This document shows, one piece after another, positions 1 to 9,902 of a stretch of DNA of 25,629 nt. Both the position numbers and the translations under genes were made by a program. The stretch comes from a virus (taxonomy: Duplodnaviria; Caudoviricetes), in the IMG/VR virus record IMGVR_UViG_3300020045_020040, positions 1 to 25,629 of that record. One strand, 5' to 3'. The notes under the pieces were generated by a model that saw only the letters and a program-made list of their open reading frames with translations, did not search any database and was not told where the DNA came from. Each line of letters starts with the position of its first letter. Position 1 is the first letter of the stretch.

Positions 1-2
1 CA

Positions 3-314
3 TCAGGCACAAACGCTATCACGGGTATTAATTGGAATTTTACAGCAGTTCCAGTTTCAGCAAAACTTGCTTGTGTACTTTCAGGAGATTCTCATTATGA
101 TAATAAAGTCGTAAGAAATGGCGTCAATTATATTGTGCGACAAGGTTATTCAACGGCTGGAAGCGAGAAGCCTGTAGGTGCAGTGGAGACGACATTTGAC
201 AAAACGAAACAATGTTTATTTGATGTATTAACTATCAATCCTGTAACAGGATCAGGCAAAATATTTCGAATTGGAGCAGGGGGAGAAGCCCGGGATGTGT
301 CATTTGCATTTTAA
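3..314 (+). CDS. C-terminal part (5' truncated) of a protein resembling a metallophosphoesterase-fold domain, possibly virion-associated
   Basis: Frame is open from base 3 to TAA at 312-314: ...LACVLSGDSHYDNKV...QCLFDVLTINPVTGSGKIFRIGAGGEARDVSFAF*. GDSH resembles the GHxH motif V. Not in the ORF track because the start lies outside the window. Confidence 0.5.
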   Translation, partial: SGTNAITGINWNFTAVPVSAKLACVLSGDSHYDNKVVRNGVNYIVRQGYSTAGSEKPVGAVETTFDKTKQCLFDVLTINPVTGSGKIFRIGAGGEARDVSFAF

Positions 315-334
315 TATTAAAAATTATTATAACC

Positions 335-823
335 ATGGAAACCTGCATAACCGTTATAAAGTCAATCTACCTGAGCATAACTGGGTGGATTGCTGCTTCC
401 TTCCTATTTTTTGCTCCAATACACTACCTGTGGGAAGTAGCCTTGATTCTATGGGGTGTAAATGTGCTTTTTGGATACTTATCCGGAAGAATGATTAATA
501 TGGAAAACCTAGTGTGGAAGAAGTTTATGCGGGCACTCTTTGAAGTTGCTATTTATCTTTTTATCACGCTATTTATGTTTTTAATTGGTAAACTACAGAA
601 TGAAGGTGATGAGATGCTAAAGGGGTTAAATGTTATCTCATGGGCGTTGGTAGCTTTTTATGTTGTGAACATACTGAAAAACATTTGCCGGCTTTTACCA
701 GGAGAATCACCGGTTGCCAGATTCTTCAGATATCTATACTTAGTTGTATCGCTTGATTGGATAACGAGACTGCCACATTTTCAGGAATATCTAAACCAAG
801 AAAAGCAAGAAAACCATGGCTAA
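335..823 (+). CDS. Putative holin (multi-pass membrane protein)
   Basis: 162 aa with about 4 hydrophobic segments and a charged C-terminus; overlaps the endolysin start. Confidence 0.7.
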   Translation: METCITVIKSIYLSITGWIAASFLFFAPIHYLWEVALILWGVNVLFGYLSGRMINMENLVWKKFMRALFEVAIYLFITLFMFLIGKLQNEGDEMLKGLNVISWALVAFYVVNILKNICRLLPGESPVARFFRYLYLVVSLDWITRLPHFQEYLNQEKQENHG

Positions 824-1238
824 ATTCATCATTGCTCACAAAAAGACTCTGAAAAACGAATGTCTTCCAGGTAAGTACTATACCAATGATCCGGACGATG
901 CTGGTGGTGAAACTTACAAGGGGTGGGCGCGGAAAAAGAGTCCAGCCTGGACGGGATGGGCAGTCATTGACAGTTATAAGAGCCGTAAGGATTTTCCTGC
1001 TTGTTTGGAAAATGATGATCACCTTCAGAAACTGGTTTATGCCGGTTATGTGCGTGACTACTGGAATCCGATTAAGGGTGATGAGATAAACAGCCAAGAC
1101 GTAGCTGATCAGCTTTATGATACAGCTGTCAACACAGGAGTATCACGATCTTTAAAAATATCGCAGGAATCTTTTGGTTTGATGCAGACTGGCCACATGA
1201 CTCAAGAATTATTAAACCGATTAAATGCTTTATCATGA
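816..1238 (+). CDS. Endolysin, glycoside hydrolase family 108-like
   Basis: NE...YTNDPDDAGGETYKG and later YW, LYDTAVNTG match the GH108 pattern (EGGY..DPxDxGGxT; FDxAVNxG); follows the holin. Confidence 0.85.
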   Translation: MAKFIIAHKKTLKNECLPGKYYTNDPDDAGGETYKGWARKKSPAWTGWAVIDSYKSRKDFPACLENDDHLQKLVYAGYVRDYWNPIKGDEINSQDVADQLYDTAVNTGVSRSLKISQESFGLMQTGHMTQELLNRLNALS

Positions 1239-1633
1239 AAAATAATACTTCATCCAGGAATGGAAGGAAATACATTCTCTGGCCTTTCATCATCGCTTCC
1301 ACCGTGATTCTATTTGTTTCACTGATGATTTCTTGCCGGTTTATCCCGCTTTCTACGGCTCATCCTTCAATTCACGATACCATTATGGTAAAAGTGTCTG
1401 TTCCTGATTCTGCAGCAATTAAATCGCTTGAATTGGCCGTCTATGAACGTGACATAAAAATACAGGCATTGAATGATAGCATTTATTTCTATAAAATGAG
1501 GACCCAGAAACAGGACTATAAAAATGCCTTTGCCCTGAACCAAATTGAATTTTATGTTTCTATCTGCAATTCAAGACCGGTCAATAAAAAATACTTTTTC
1601 GGGTGGGTTAAACGTGCTTTGAGTAACAGATAA
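1235..1633 (+). CDS. Putative lipoprotein, spanin-like lysis accessory
   Basis: Basic N-terminus, hydrophobic stretch ending in LMISC (lipobox-like), then a coiled-coil-like segment; ATGA overlap with the endolysin. Confidence 0.5.
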   Translation: MKNNTSSRNGRKYILWPFIIASTVILFVSLMISCRFIPLSTAHPSIHDTIMVKVSVPDSAAIKSLELAVYERDIKIQALNDSIYFYKMRTQKQDYKNAFALNQIEFYVSICNSRPVNKKYFFGWVKRALSNR

Positions 1634-1645
1634 AAGACCACGATC

Positions 1646-1888
1646 ATGAAAAAGAATTTAAAAAAGTGGTGGAAAAAATTCATCACTGTTACTCCAAAAG
1701 AATGGAAGTCTCTTCAAAAGAAATGCCTGCTAATTTCTACAGCTCTTGGTGCAACCTGGACAACAATAGGAGCTTTGCCCGGTGTTGATTTGAATGGTTG
1801 GGGAAAAACTTTTGCGGGTGCAATTGCAGCATTTTTGTTCGTTGGGTTACTTGCTCAAGGTCATGCTGAAGAAACAACAAAGAAATAA
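1646..1888 (+). CDS. Small two-TM membrane protein (second holin-like or antiholin candidate)
   Basis: 80 aa, highly basic N-terminus, two hydrophobic segments; lies in the lysis cluster. Confidence 0.5.
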   Translation: MKKNLKKWWKKFITVTPKEWKSLQKKCLLISTALGATWTTIGALPGVDLNGWGKTFAGAIAAFLFVGLLAQGHAEETTKK

Positions 1889-1899
1889 TAATTAAGAAC

Positions 1900-2451
1900 A
1901 TGGCTGAAGATACCCTCTTGATGACTGAAGCCGAATTTAATCAGGCTGTAAAGAGTTGGACTGCCAAGGTTAAGACAGGTTCAGCCAGGCGTTTGGAAAC
2001 TGCTGTTAAGCATGGAGAAAAAGACTGGAAAGGACGCACCTCAAAACATTTAAAGTCTTCGCTTGCTGCTTCATTCCGTGCTAACAGCGGTATTGTTCAG
2101 CGGATCCGTTTCCAGTTTGAACGTCATGGAGTTTTTTTGCATTATGGCGTTGGCCGTGGTTATGTCCGTGTAGGGAATGCAACGGTAAAAGGACGGAGGC
2201 TGATGGATTTTGAAAGTGCCCGGATGAAGCAAAAAGGCTATAAAAATAAGGAACTGAAAAACTATAAGGTGCTTGCTAAAAATGAAGCTGGACAAGTAGA
2301 ACGTAAGCCTATTGATTGGTTTGACGTGGAGATCCGGACAGGAATAAAAGCTTTGGCCGATATCGCTCAGGAGTTTTATGGTGACGCTGCCATGAAAAGC
2401 GTTTTGGCTCAGATAGATAAATCAACTATAACAAAGAAGAAAAATGGCTGA
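1900..2451 (+). CDS. Hypothetical phage protein, possibly tail/neck morphogenesis
   Basis: 183 aa basic protein with HGVFLHYGVGRG motif; overlaps the tape measure start. Confidence 0.55.
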   Translation: MAEDTLLMTEAEFNQAVKSWTAKVKTGSARRLETAVKHGEKDWKGRTSKHLKSSLAASFRANSGIVQRIRFQFERHGVFLHYGVGRGYVRVGNATVKGRRLMDFESARMKQKGYKNKELKNYKVLAKNEAGQVERKPIDWFDVEIRTGIKALADIAQEFYGDAAMKSVLAQIDKSTITKKKNG

Positions 2452-5400
2452 CAAAATTGCAAGGAGAGGGATCTCACTTTATATAGACGGGAATAAGGTT
2501 CTTAATTCCGTTAAAGGTATCAAGGATGAGATGACAAAACTTACCAATGAGCAAAAGAAATTCACTCTTGGAGGTGAAGACTATACTCGTTTGGGAATGA
2601 AGATTGGTCGTTTGGATGCAATTTTACAGGATCATAAACAAAACCAGGCTAATATTACCAAAGAGTATCGTCAGATGACTAATGCTGCTATTGATTATGA
2701 TAAAAAGAAAAATTCAGCATTCAGTTTTTCAAGTCTATCATCCGGGGTTGAGAATTTTTTCAATAAAGTGAAGTATGGGGCTGCTGCAGTAGTTGCAGCG
2801 ATTATGGGGGTAGAAAAACTTACCAGTAAATATGCTGAGTTAGATGAAGCAAAATCAGGCGTTCGAAAATATACCAGCCTAACTCCTGAAGAAGTAAATC
2901 TTCTCAATGAAGAATTGAAAAAATTTGATACTAAAACAACTCGAATAGCACTCAATGATTTGGAGTCTGAAGCTGGAAAGCTTGGTATTAAAGGTGTTCA
3001 AAATCTACTTGATTTTGCTGAAGCTGGGAATGTTATAAAAGTTTCACTTGGTGAAGATTTAGGAGAAGGAGCTATTACACAGATAGGAAAGCTTTCTAAT
3101 ATGTTTGGCGATTCTGAAAAGATGGGGCTTAAAAATGCCATGCTTGGAATTGGTTCTGCAGTCAATCAAATTGGACAAAGTTCTGCTGCTTCTGAGCCAT
3201 ATCTTGTAGAATTTTTAAATAGGATGGCTGGTATTGGTGTACAAGCCAAACTTGATATTCCAATAATCCTTGGTTATGCTTCTGTTCTAGATCAAAATGC
3301 TCAGAATGTGGAAGTATCTTCTACAGCGCTCAATGGTGTGATCTCCAAGATTTTTCAGGATCCGTCAAAATTTGCAAAAATAGCTGGTTTGAATGTAAAA
3401 GAATTCGCTAAACTACTGAAAACGGATGCCAATGAAGCTATTCTGACATTACTTACTACATTAAACAGTAAAGGTGGATTTGATCAACTTGCGCCAATGT
3501 TTGCGGATATGCAGTTAGACGGAGTTCGTGCCTCTCAAGTGTTATCCGTACTTGCCAATAATGTAGATCAGGTTAGATCTGAACAGGTAAATGCTGCTAT
3601 TGCATTTACTGAAGGAACCTCCGTTATAAAAGAATATAATATTGCCAATAATACGTTAACTGCCAGAATACAGAAAAATAAAAATGCGTTATGGGAACTT
3701 ACTGTTTCACTTGGTGAAAAATTGGCACCTGCATATTTACAAGTTCAAAATTCTGGAATTGGTTTAGGTAAGATTTTACTTTCTGGAACTTCATTCCTTA
3801 TTAGCCATTCCGGAGCAATTATAACAGTAGTAAGCGCTATTGCTGCATACACGGTTGCACAGAAAACTTTAAATACAATTCAGGCCATTGGAAATGGCGT
3901 CATGACAATCGCTAAGCTAAATACTTTGGCAAAGGCCAGCGCTGAAGCTATCGCGACTGGAAATACAATCCGTGCTGCTGCAGCTGAAAAACTCTATTCT
4001 GTGGAATTGGCTAAAGGATCCTTAATGTCAAAAGTTTATGTTGCTGCCACTTCACTTCTTTCCGCTGCAAAATACTTGTTAACCGGTAATTTAAAGAAAG
4101 CTAAAATTGCCATGGCTGAATTCAATGCCGTGAGTGCTTTAAATCCCGCGGCATTAATTGCGACAGGTGTTTTAGCACTTGTGGCAGCGATTGGATATTT
4201 ACTTGTTAAGAGAGCCAAGTTGTATTCGCTTGAAACAACTCATAAACAAATTGAAAAGGATATTTCTGATCAGTATATTGATCAGAAAGTTAAAGTTGAA
4301 GGTTTGGTAAAATCACTCAATAATGAGAACCTATCTCTTGATGAGAAGCGTAAAAAATTATTGGAGCTTAAATCTATTGTTCCTGAATATCATGGTCAAC
4401 TAACTGCTGAAGGAAAATTAATTGATAGCAACACCGTCTCTATTGATAATTACCTTTTGAAATTTAAACAGCAAATAAGGTTAGAGGCTACAAGGGACAA
4501 ACAGCTTGCATTGATAAAAAAGCAGGTAGATCTAGAGGATAAAAAGCGTGAAGCTGAAAAGCTTAACGAAAATGCAACAACAAATCCAAATTTATCTGCT
4601 GGTGCTAAAGCTGCATTCTATCTTATTGCTAAAGATAAAGCCAATGCGCTCGAAATGTTGAAGAGTACTATTGTCTCTATGGAAACTGAAATACGTGACA
4701 TGGAGGCATCACTTTCTGTTTCAGCTCCTGTTGTAGAGCTTATAGATGGCCAGACAAAAGTTGAAAATGGCATCACCTATATTGCTAAAGGTGGTAAATG
4801 GATTGCTCAGGTTAAAACAGAACCAGGTGGTGGTGAAGATCCAAAAGTATCAAAGCAGCGTAAGACTGTAAATGATAGTATGACTAAGCTGGAAGAAAAT
4901 AACCTTAAAAATCTTTCAACTATAAAGAAATCATATTATGATGGAGATCTCAAGTCTGATTCTGAATATTCTGCAGCACTTTTGAAACAACAGGATGATT
5001 ACGATACTGCTAAAAAACAAAAGCTTGAGGAATTACTGAAAACGACAACAGATACAACTATTAAGGCCGATATCAGCAAACAAATTGCCGAAATTGATGA
5101 GAAGGCAATGGACCGCAAAATAGACCAGAAGAAAGCCCTTGAAAAGCTTCTTTTGGATGCAGATCCGGAGAAAGCAGAGCTTCAAGCATATGAAAATAAA
5201 CTTCGTGATCTGCATTTATTTGGTGTCGAAAGAACTACTATGACTGAAGACCAGTTAAAAGCATTGGAGCTGCTTGAACAGACTCATATTGACAATATGG
5301 AGAAGATAAAGCGTGAAGGTAACAGGCCTGAAAATAGGCTTGCAAATACGCAGGTAAAGAAGTTTAATGAAGATCAGGCAGCTGAAGAAATAGTCTTATC

Positions 5401-6610
5401 TGAAAAATATTCTAAAGGTCTTATGTCTGAGCGCCAGTACAAAAACGAATTGTTGGTTTTGGATTTAGCCTACCTGACTAAGAAAATGCAGATCAATGGT
5501 CTGACTGAAGATCAACTCCTGGAACTAAAGAAACAGTCTCTGGAGAAACAAAAAGAATTACTGGAGAGTAATGCTGATTTAGGTCAAGGAACATCACCAA
5601 ATAAGCCAAAATCAAAAATTGAGGATTTAAAGTCTGCTAAACAGGCGGAACTTGATTTTCTTAATCAGTGTTTTGCTGAAGATCTTCGTAACACTGAAGC
5701 TTATGAGATAGCCAAAAAGGTTATCACTGATAAATATGCTTTGCTGGAGCAGGATAAGAAAAAAAAGGATCAGGAAACAATGATTGCTGCTGTCCAGTTT
5801 GGACTGGAATCAATGCAAATGTTGCTTTCTGCAGGATCTTCTTATGCTCAAGCTTTGACGGATGCCGAAACATCCAAGATAAATGCCAAATACGATGCCG
5901 AAATAGAAGCTGCAGGAAACAGTGAATCTGCAAAAACAGCCATAGAGAAACGCCGTGATAAAGAGCTAAATGCTGCCAATAAAAAGGCTGAAAACAGGTC
6001 GTTTAAAATTCAGATTGCTCAGGCTTTGGCAAGTACGGCACAATCGGCCATCTCGGCTTATGCTTCAACAGCTGCTATTCTTGGAATTGGCCCAGCATTG
6101 GCACCAATAGCTGCAGGTGTTGCCGTTGCCGCTGGTATGTTGAACGTTGCTACAATAACCAAGCAACATCAGGCAGCCATGTCTCAATATTATGATGGTG
6201 GTTTTACCAAAGATGGTAAATGGGATGAAGCGCAGGGAGTTGTACACTCCAATGAATTTGTTGCAAACCGATTTGCTACCTCAAACAGTACGCTTCGTCC
6301 TTTATTTGATATGGTTGATTATGCACAAAGAAATAATACTGTTTCCAGTTTATCAAAAAAGGATCTGGCCAACGCATTGCAGTTACCGACTAGTGGATAT
6401 TCATCCGGAGGATATACAAAGACATCACCGGCTTCTTCAGTCGAAAACAACAACACGTCTGGATCTTATGATCTATTGGTTACAGTGCTTACTTTGCTTT
6501 CAAAGCAGCTTGAATCTCCAATAAAGGCATCTGTTCATATAGCTGGTGATGATGGTATAAAAAAAGGTCTTGATACTTATGATAAACTTATTAATAATGC
6601 ATCCAGATGA
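2444..6610 (+). CDS. Phage tail tape measure protein
   Basis: 1388 aa, Ala-rich and helical; TP901-like core (VRKYTSLT...AGKLGIKG), hydrophobic middle, long coiled coil, YYDGGFT...GVVHSNEFV C-terminal motif. Confidence 0.92.
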   Translation: MADKIARRGISLYIDGNKVLNSVKGIKDEMTKLTNEQKKFTLGGEDYTRLGMKIGRLDAILQDHKQNQANITKEYRQMTNAAIDYDKKKNSAFSFSSLSSGVENFFNKVKYGAAAVVAAIMGVEKLTSKYAELDEAKSGVRKYTSLTPEEVNLLNEELKKFDTKTTRIALNDLESEAGKLGIKGVQNLLDFAEAGNVIKVSLGEDLGEGAITQIGKLSNMFGDSEKMGLKNAMLGIGSAVNQIGQSSAASEPYLVEFLNRMAGIGVQAKLDIPIILGYASVLDQNAQNVEVSSTALNGVISKIFQDPSKFAKIAGLNVKEFAKLLKTDANEAILTLLTTLNSKGGFDQLAPMFADMQLDGVRASQVLSVLANNVDQVRSEQVNAAIAFTEGTSVIKEYNIANNTLTARIQKNKNALWELTVSLGEKLAPAYLQVQNSGIGLGKILLSGTSFLISHSGAIITVVSAIAAYTVAQKTLNTIQAIGNGVMTIAKLNTLAKASAEAIATGNTIRAAAAEKLYSVELAKGSLMSKVYVAATSLLSAAKYLLTGNLKKAKIAMAEFNAVSALNPAALIATGVLALVAAIGYLLVKRAKLYSLETTHKQIEKDISDQYIDQKVKVEGLVKSLNNENLSLDEKRKKLLELKSIVPEYHGQLTAEGKLIDSNTVSIDNYLLKFKQQIRLEATRDKQLALIKKQVDLEDKKREAEKLNENATTNPNLSAGAKAAFYLIAKDKANALEMLKSTIVSMETEIRDMEASLSVSAPVVELIDGQTKVENGITYIAKGGKWIAQVKTEPGGGEDPKVSKQRKTVNDSMTKLEENNLKNLSTIKKSYYDGDLKSDSEYSAALLKQQDDYDTAKKQKLEELLKTTTDTTIKADISKQIAEIDEKAMDRKIDQKKALEKLLLDADPEKAELQAYENKLRDLHLFGVERTTMTEDQLKALELLEQTHIDNMEKIKREGNRPENRLANTQVKKFNEDQAAEEIVLSEKYSKGLMSERQYKNELLVLDLAYLTKKMQINGLTEDQLLELKKQSLEKQKELLESNADLGQGTSPNKPKSKIEDLKSAKQAELDFLNQCFAEDLRNTEAYEIAKKVITDKYALLEQDKKKKDQETMIAAVQFGLESMQMLLSAGSSYAQALTDAETSKINAKYDAEIEAAGNSESAKTAIEKRRDKELNAANKKAENRSFKIQIAQALASTAQSAISAYASTAAILGIGPALAPIAAGVAVAAGMLNVATITKQHQAAMSQYYDGGFTKDGKWDEAQGVVHSNEFVANRFATSNSTLRPLFDMVDYAQRNNTVSSLSKKDLANALQLPTSGYSSGGYTKTSPASSVENNNTSGSYDLLVTVLTLLSKQLESPIKASVHIAGDDGIKKGLDTYDKLINNASR

Positions 6611-8520
6611 CAGAACTATTTATTGATAAACAGCGTGTTGTATTGCCAGAAAACTTCAAAATTGCAATTACTGAAGAAAACCCTTTTTTTACAAAGAATG
6701 GTCAATATACCTATGATGTAAAATTGTCGTTGGATAGCACGATTAATGCAAAGATTTATAAGCATTACAATCGGCTAAATAATACTGCAGACCTTATTAA
6801 AAAGCGGTCTGCGGTATTGATAATAGATAATATTGTTTGGTTAAATGGAACTGAAGTTATATTGGAAATCAATGCAGCTGAAGTATCAATACAGTTGGTA
6901 TCATGTAACTCAGAATTGAACTATCTAATTGGTGGCGATTTAAAGGTAAGAACTTTAAATCTTGGATCTGCAGTCATTACGGCTGCCTCCATCATTACGA
7001 ATCTTGATAAACCATATCCAGATAATGATTGGCTTTTGATTCCATTTGCAAATAATGATAATGAATTTATTGGTAATGAATATTATAGTATAAATAGCAA
7101 TTGGTATAAGGTCAACAATAATACAACTCTTGTTGTTGGTCCGTTAGCTTATGCTTATGACGGTGTACACACTTTCAAAAATTCATCAGATAAAACGGTA
7201 AAATATACCAACTATCGGCCACAGCCATATTTATGTTTTATCCTAAAACAAATACTAACCAGTCTTGGATATACGATAGGAACTAATATGATTGATAGTC
7301 ATGATGTTTTTAAATTTTATTATATTGTTCATGGCTATGATACATTAAAATTTGCAGAGATGCTGCCTGATTGGACCGTTAAAGATTTTTTTCAGGAGAT
7401 TGAAAAAACCTTTGATTGTACTGTAATAATTAGAGAAGATAAAACAGTTGATATTTTATTCAATCATCATTATTTGACAGTTGCCACTCAAAAAAAACTT
7501 AATGTATTTGACGTATTCACATGTGAAATTAATTCTGAAAATAAATTAAGTCACCAGAACGTAAATATTGGTTATTCGCTTGATGGTGATGAATATTATA
7601 AGTACAATAAGATTGAAGATTCTATTAAAAAGGCTGCAACAGTCGAACAGCTTAATGATTTAGCTCCTGAGTTGGATCTACTTTCTAAAGTACAAGATAC
7701 AAGCGATATTAATAGATTTAATAAACTGTTTGAAGCTAATCCTGACTCGGAATATGGGTTCAATGACAGTAAATATATTGCCATTAATGATGGTACTTTA
7801 GATCTGCCAAAAAATGTCGATAGCTTTTGTAACCTTATGAATAATCCGGAGAATAATGAAAGTATAGATATTGAACTGAATATCATACCGGCATCCATGA
7901 AATCCGTAGAAAAAACAATAACGGTTTTCGATACTCAGAATTATTCAATGTCTTATAAATTATACTGGCAATACCCAATAGCTGAATATGCAGATCCTTT
8001 TTTCTTTGAGGATGAATCTTCTGAGAATATTTTCACTATACAGGGTCTCATCACTGGGGCTGATTCTATCACGGAGAAAAAAATGACTTCCAAATTGAGG
8101 TTAGCTATATATAATGGTCGTAAGACTAGCACTCCGCATAGTTTTGCGCAAACTGGAGGTGGCTCACTTGGAACAGTAACAATTGAAAGTTTTAATTATG
8201 GGCAGTCAGATATAATTTTCCCATTTGGTTTTGTTGAATCACTTGCTGACTATTTTAAAGATGCCAGTACTTTATCCTATTTTTTTCAAGATAAGAACCC
8301 ATTTAGACTATCATGGATGAATGAAAATATTTATAGTCTGACTAAAGAAATAAATACAGAAAAGACTTATAAATTCAATTTCTGTGATTCCAGTCGATGG
8401 GATATAAAATCAATATTTTTAATTAATTACCGTGAATATTTATGTGCTAAGTTGGAGCGAAGTTTTACTTCAGATGGAATGTATCCAGTTATTACAGGGT
8501 ATTTTTATCCATTGACTTAA
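6607..8520 (+). CDS. Putative tail tip/baseplate structural protein
   Basis: 637 aa, ATGA-coupled to the tape measure gene; beta-rich N-terminus (LFIDKQRVVLP...ENPFF...YTYDVKL). Confidence 0.65.
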   Translation: MTELFIDKQRVVLPENFKIAITEENPFFTKNGQYTYDVKLSLDSTINAKIYKHYNRLNNTADLIKKRSAVLIIDNIVWLNGTEVILEINAAEVSIQLVSCNSELNYLIGGDLKVRTLNLGSAVITAASIITNLDKPYPDNDWLLIPFANNDNEFIGNEYYSINSNWYKVNNNTTLVVGPLAYAYDGVHTFKNSSDKTVKYTNYRPQPYLCFILKQILTSLGYTIGTNMIDSHDVFKFYYIVHGYDTLKFAEMLPDWTVKDFFQEIEKTFDCTVIIREDKTVDILFNHHYLTVATQKKLNVFDVFTCEINSENKLSHQNVNIGYSLDGDEYYKYNKIEDSIKKAATVEQLNDLAPELDLLSKVQDTSDINRFNKLFEANPDSEYGFNDSKYIAINDGTLDLPKNVDSFCNLMNNPENNESIDIELNIIPASMKSVEKTITVFDTQNYSMSYKLYWQYPIAEYADPFFFEDESSENIFTIQGLITGADSITEKKMTSKLRLAIYNGRKTSTPHSFAQTGGGSLGTVTIESFNYGQSDIIFPFGFVESLADYFKDASTLSYFFQDKNPFRLSWMNENIYSLTKEINTEKTYKFNFCDSSRWDIKSIFLINYREYLCAKLERSFTSDGMYPVITGYFYPLT

Positions 8521-9734
8521 ATCTTTTTGAAGAATGGATCTATGTCTCTTTCTTCATTTCCACGTCTTTTAGCTAAATATTTTTCTGTCACTTCAAGGGA
8601 TGAATGTCGTAAATGGTTTTTTAGATCATACGGATTCATTCCTTGATCACTGGCATTCACCGCACCTGTATGTTTCCAGGAATAGAATTTATATTGCTGA
8701 CTTAATCCAAGTTTATCCCTAAACTTGTTAAATCGGGTAGTTAATGTATTCTTTCCAAGGTGTTCTGGCCCAGGTCTACCATCCTTCCCAAAAACAAATA
8801 GGTCTTTGTTTTGAATGGTATGTAGTTGATAAACATTTTTCATGTCATCAATTAAAACGGTTGGTATCTTTACATTCTGAGTTTTATTATTCTTTGCTTC
8901 CGGTGCCGGGATTCTAATGATGCCTCTTTCCAAGTCAAGCCACTGGATTTTCATGAGTCGTAATTCTACACCAGGTCTTATTGCACAGTAATACTGTATT
9001 TGACAGGCAAGCCATAATTGTTGATCCTCTTTTTTTATTAATTCGCTTAGTTTTAAAACTACATCTGTTTGCATGGGTAGGGGAGCCTGGTCTACAACTT
9101 TACCCAATTTTGGCATTTTTTTAATTGGATTGGAGGTTATCACTTTTTTTTCTTCCTCATTGTATCTAAAAAAGGCATGAAGGATCTGTTGATATTTATC
9201 CACAGATGCCCGGCTTAGATTCCTTTCATCAGCTAAATATTTGAGGAATTTAATTACATGTTCCCTGGTGATGTATGCAACAGCTATTTCAGAAATATGA
9301 TTTTTTTCCAGCCATGCATTGAAGACTCTCATTTTTGATTGATAGGATTCATAGGATTTTGAGTTTACCTGGCTTTTTACATGTATCAGGAATTCGCTCA
9401 GGTAAGTTCTGGATGTAATGACACTTTTTTTCTTCTCTCCGTACAATTTAGCTTCCTGACTATATTGTATTTCATCTGCATAAATAATTCTTGGGCCTCC
9501 ATTCAGATGCTCACCTTTGGCAAACCATTCGTTCACTTCCTTTATTATGCGATTGGCTTCAGCATTCCTTTGCTCCATTGTGGCTGGAGGGACTAATCCT
9601 TTATAATGGCGCCGGCGCTGCATATCTGGAATGCCAGGAATACGCCATTTCCATTCAACAAACCATTTCTGAGTAAGATCACCTTTGCAATTATTCAGGT
9701 GAGGCTTGATTATAACCGTTTCTCTACGTCCCAT
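8517..9734 (-). CDS. int: Tyrosine recombinase / phage integrase
   Basis: 405 aa; SAM-like central domain; catalytic motifs CAIRPGVEL (R), AKN (K), YSWKHTG, HLRHSS (H), TEKYL (Y). Confidence 0.93.
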   Translation of the reverse strand: MGRRETVIIKPHLNNCKGDLTQKWFVEWKWRIPGIPDMQRRRHYKGLVPPATMEQRNAEANRIIKEVNEWFAKGEHLNGGPRIIYADEIQYSQEAKLYGEKKKSVITSRTYLSEFLIHVKSQVNSKSYESYQSKMRVFNAWLEKNHISEIAVAYITREHVIKFLKYLADERNLSRASVDKYQQILHAFFRYNEEEKKVITSNPIKKMPKLGKVVDQAPLPMQTDVVLKLSELIKKEDQQLWLACQIQYYCAIRPGVELRLMKIQWLDLERGIIRIPAPEAKNNKTQNVKIPTVLIDDMKNVYQLHTIQNKDLFVFGKDGRPGPEHLGKNTLTTRFNKFRDKLGLSQQYKFYSWKHTGAVNASDQGMNPYDLKNHLRHSSLEVTEKYLAKRRGNEERDIDPFFKKI

Positions 9735-9837
9735 AATTTGTGTCTTTTTTAGTCTATTTCAATCTATTAAATCAGTAAGGCTCTGAATGCTAATGTATTA
9801 TAAAAAATAGACTTTTATTTTCATGGTCTTTAAACCG

Positions 9838-9875
9838 TCAAACCACCTATAATCTGCTGATTATAAGTGGTTTGA
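9838..9875 (-). terminator. 17-bp inverted repeat just downstream (minus strand) of the att core; terminator-like or protein-binding
   Basis: TCAAACCACCTATAATC-tgct-GATTATAAGTGGTTTGA; the single mismatch becomes a G-U pair on the minus-strand RNA. Confidence 0.55.
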
Positions 9876-9883
9876 GTTTAGTT

Positions 9884-9902
9884 TAGTGGAGATGGAGGGA
9901 GT
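9884..9902 (-). other. attP core resembling the 3' end of tmRNA (ssrA) or tRNA-Ala
   Basis: Minus strand reads ACTCCCTCCATCTCCACTA: T-stem 3' half CCCTC, acceptor 3' strand CATCTCC (U70 alanine identity position) and discriminator A. No complete RNA gene is present. It sits about 150 bp upstream of the integrase start. Confidence 0.7.

Noticed and set aside
2444-8520. Additional remote VR in the tail genes
   Set aside because: No match to the TR invariant segments (GGCTGTCTTGCGC, GGCTTCGTTTTC) was found by eye; an A-tolerant computational scan would be needed to exclude it.
271-9676. Short overlapping or antisense ORFs within lysis, tail and integrase genes (e.g. 271-498, 726-1097, 2695-2955, 7596-7898, 9381-9596)
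   Set aside because: Nested in longer, well-supported genes and without recognisable motifs.
9835-9841. CCGTCAA heptamer inside attP, same as the origin repeat
   Set aside because: Isolated copies also occur in the tape measure gene (near 3362 and 5855), so this is compatible with chance.
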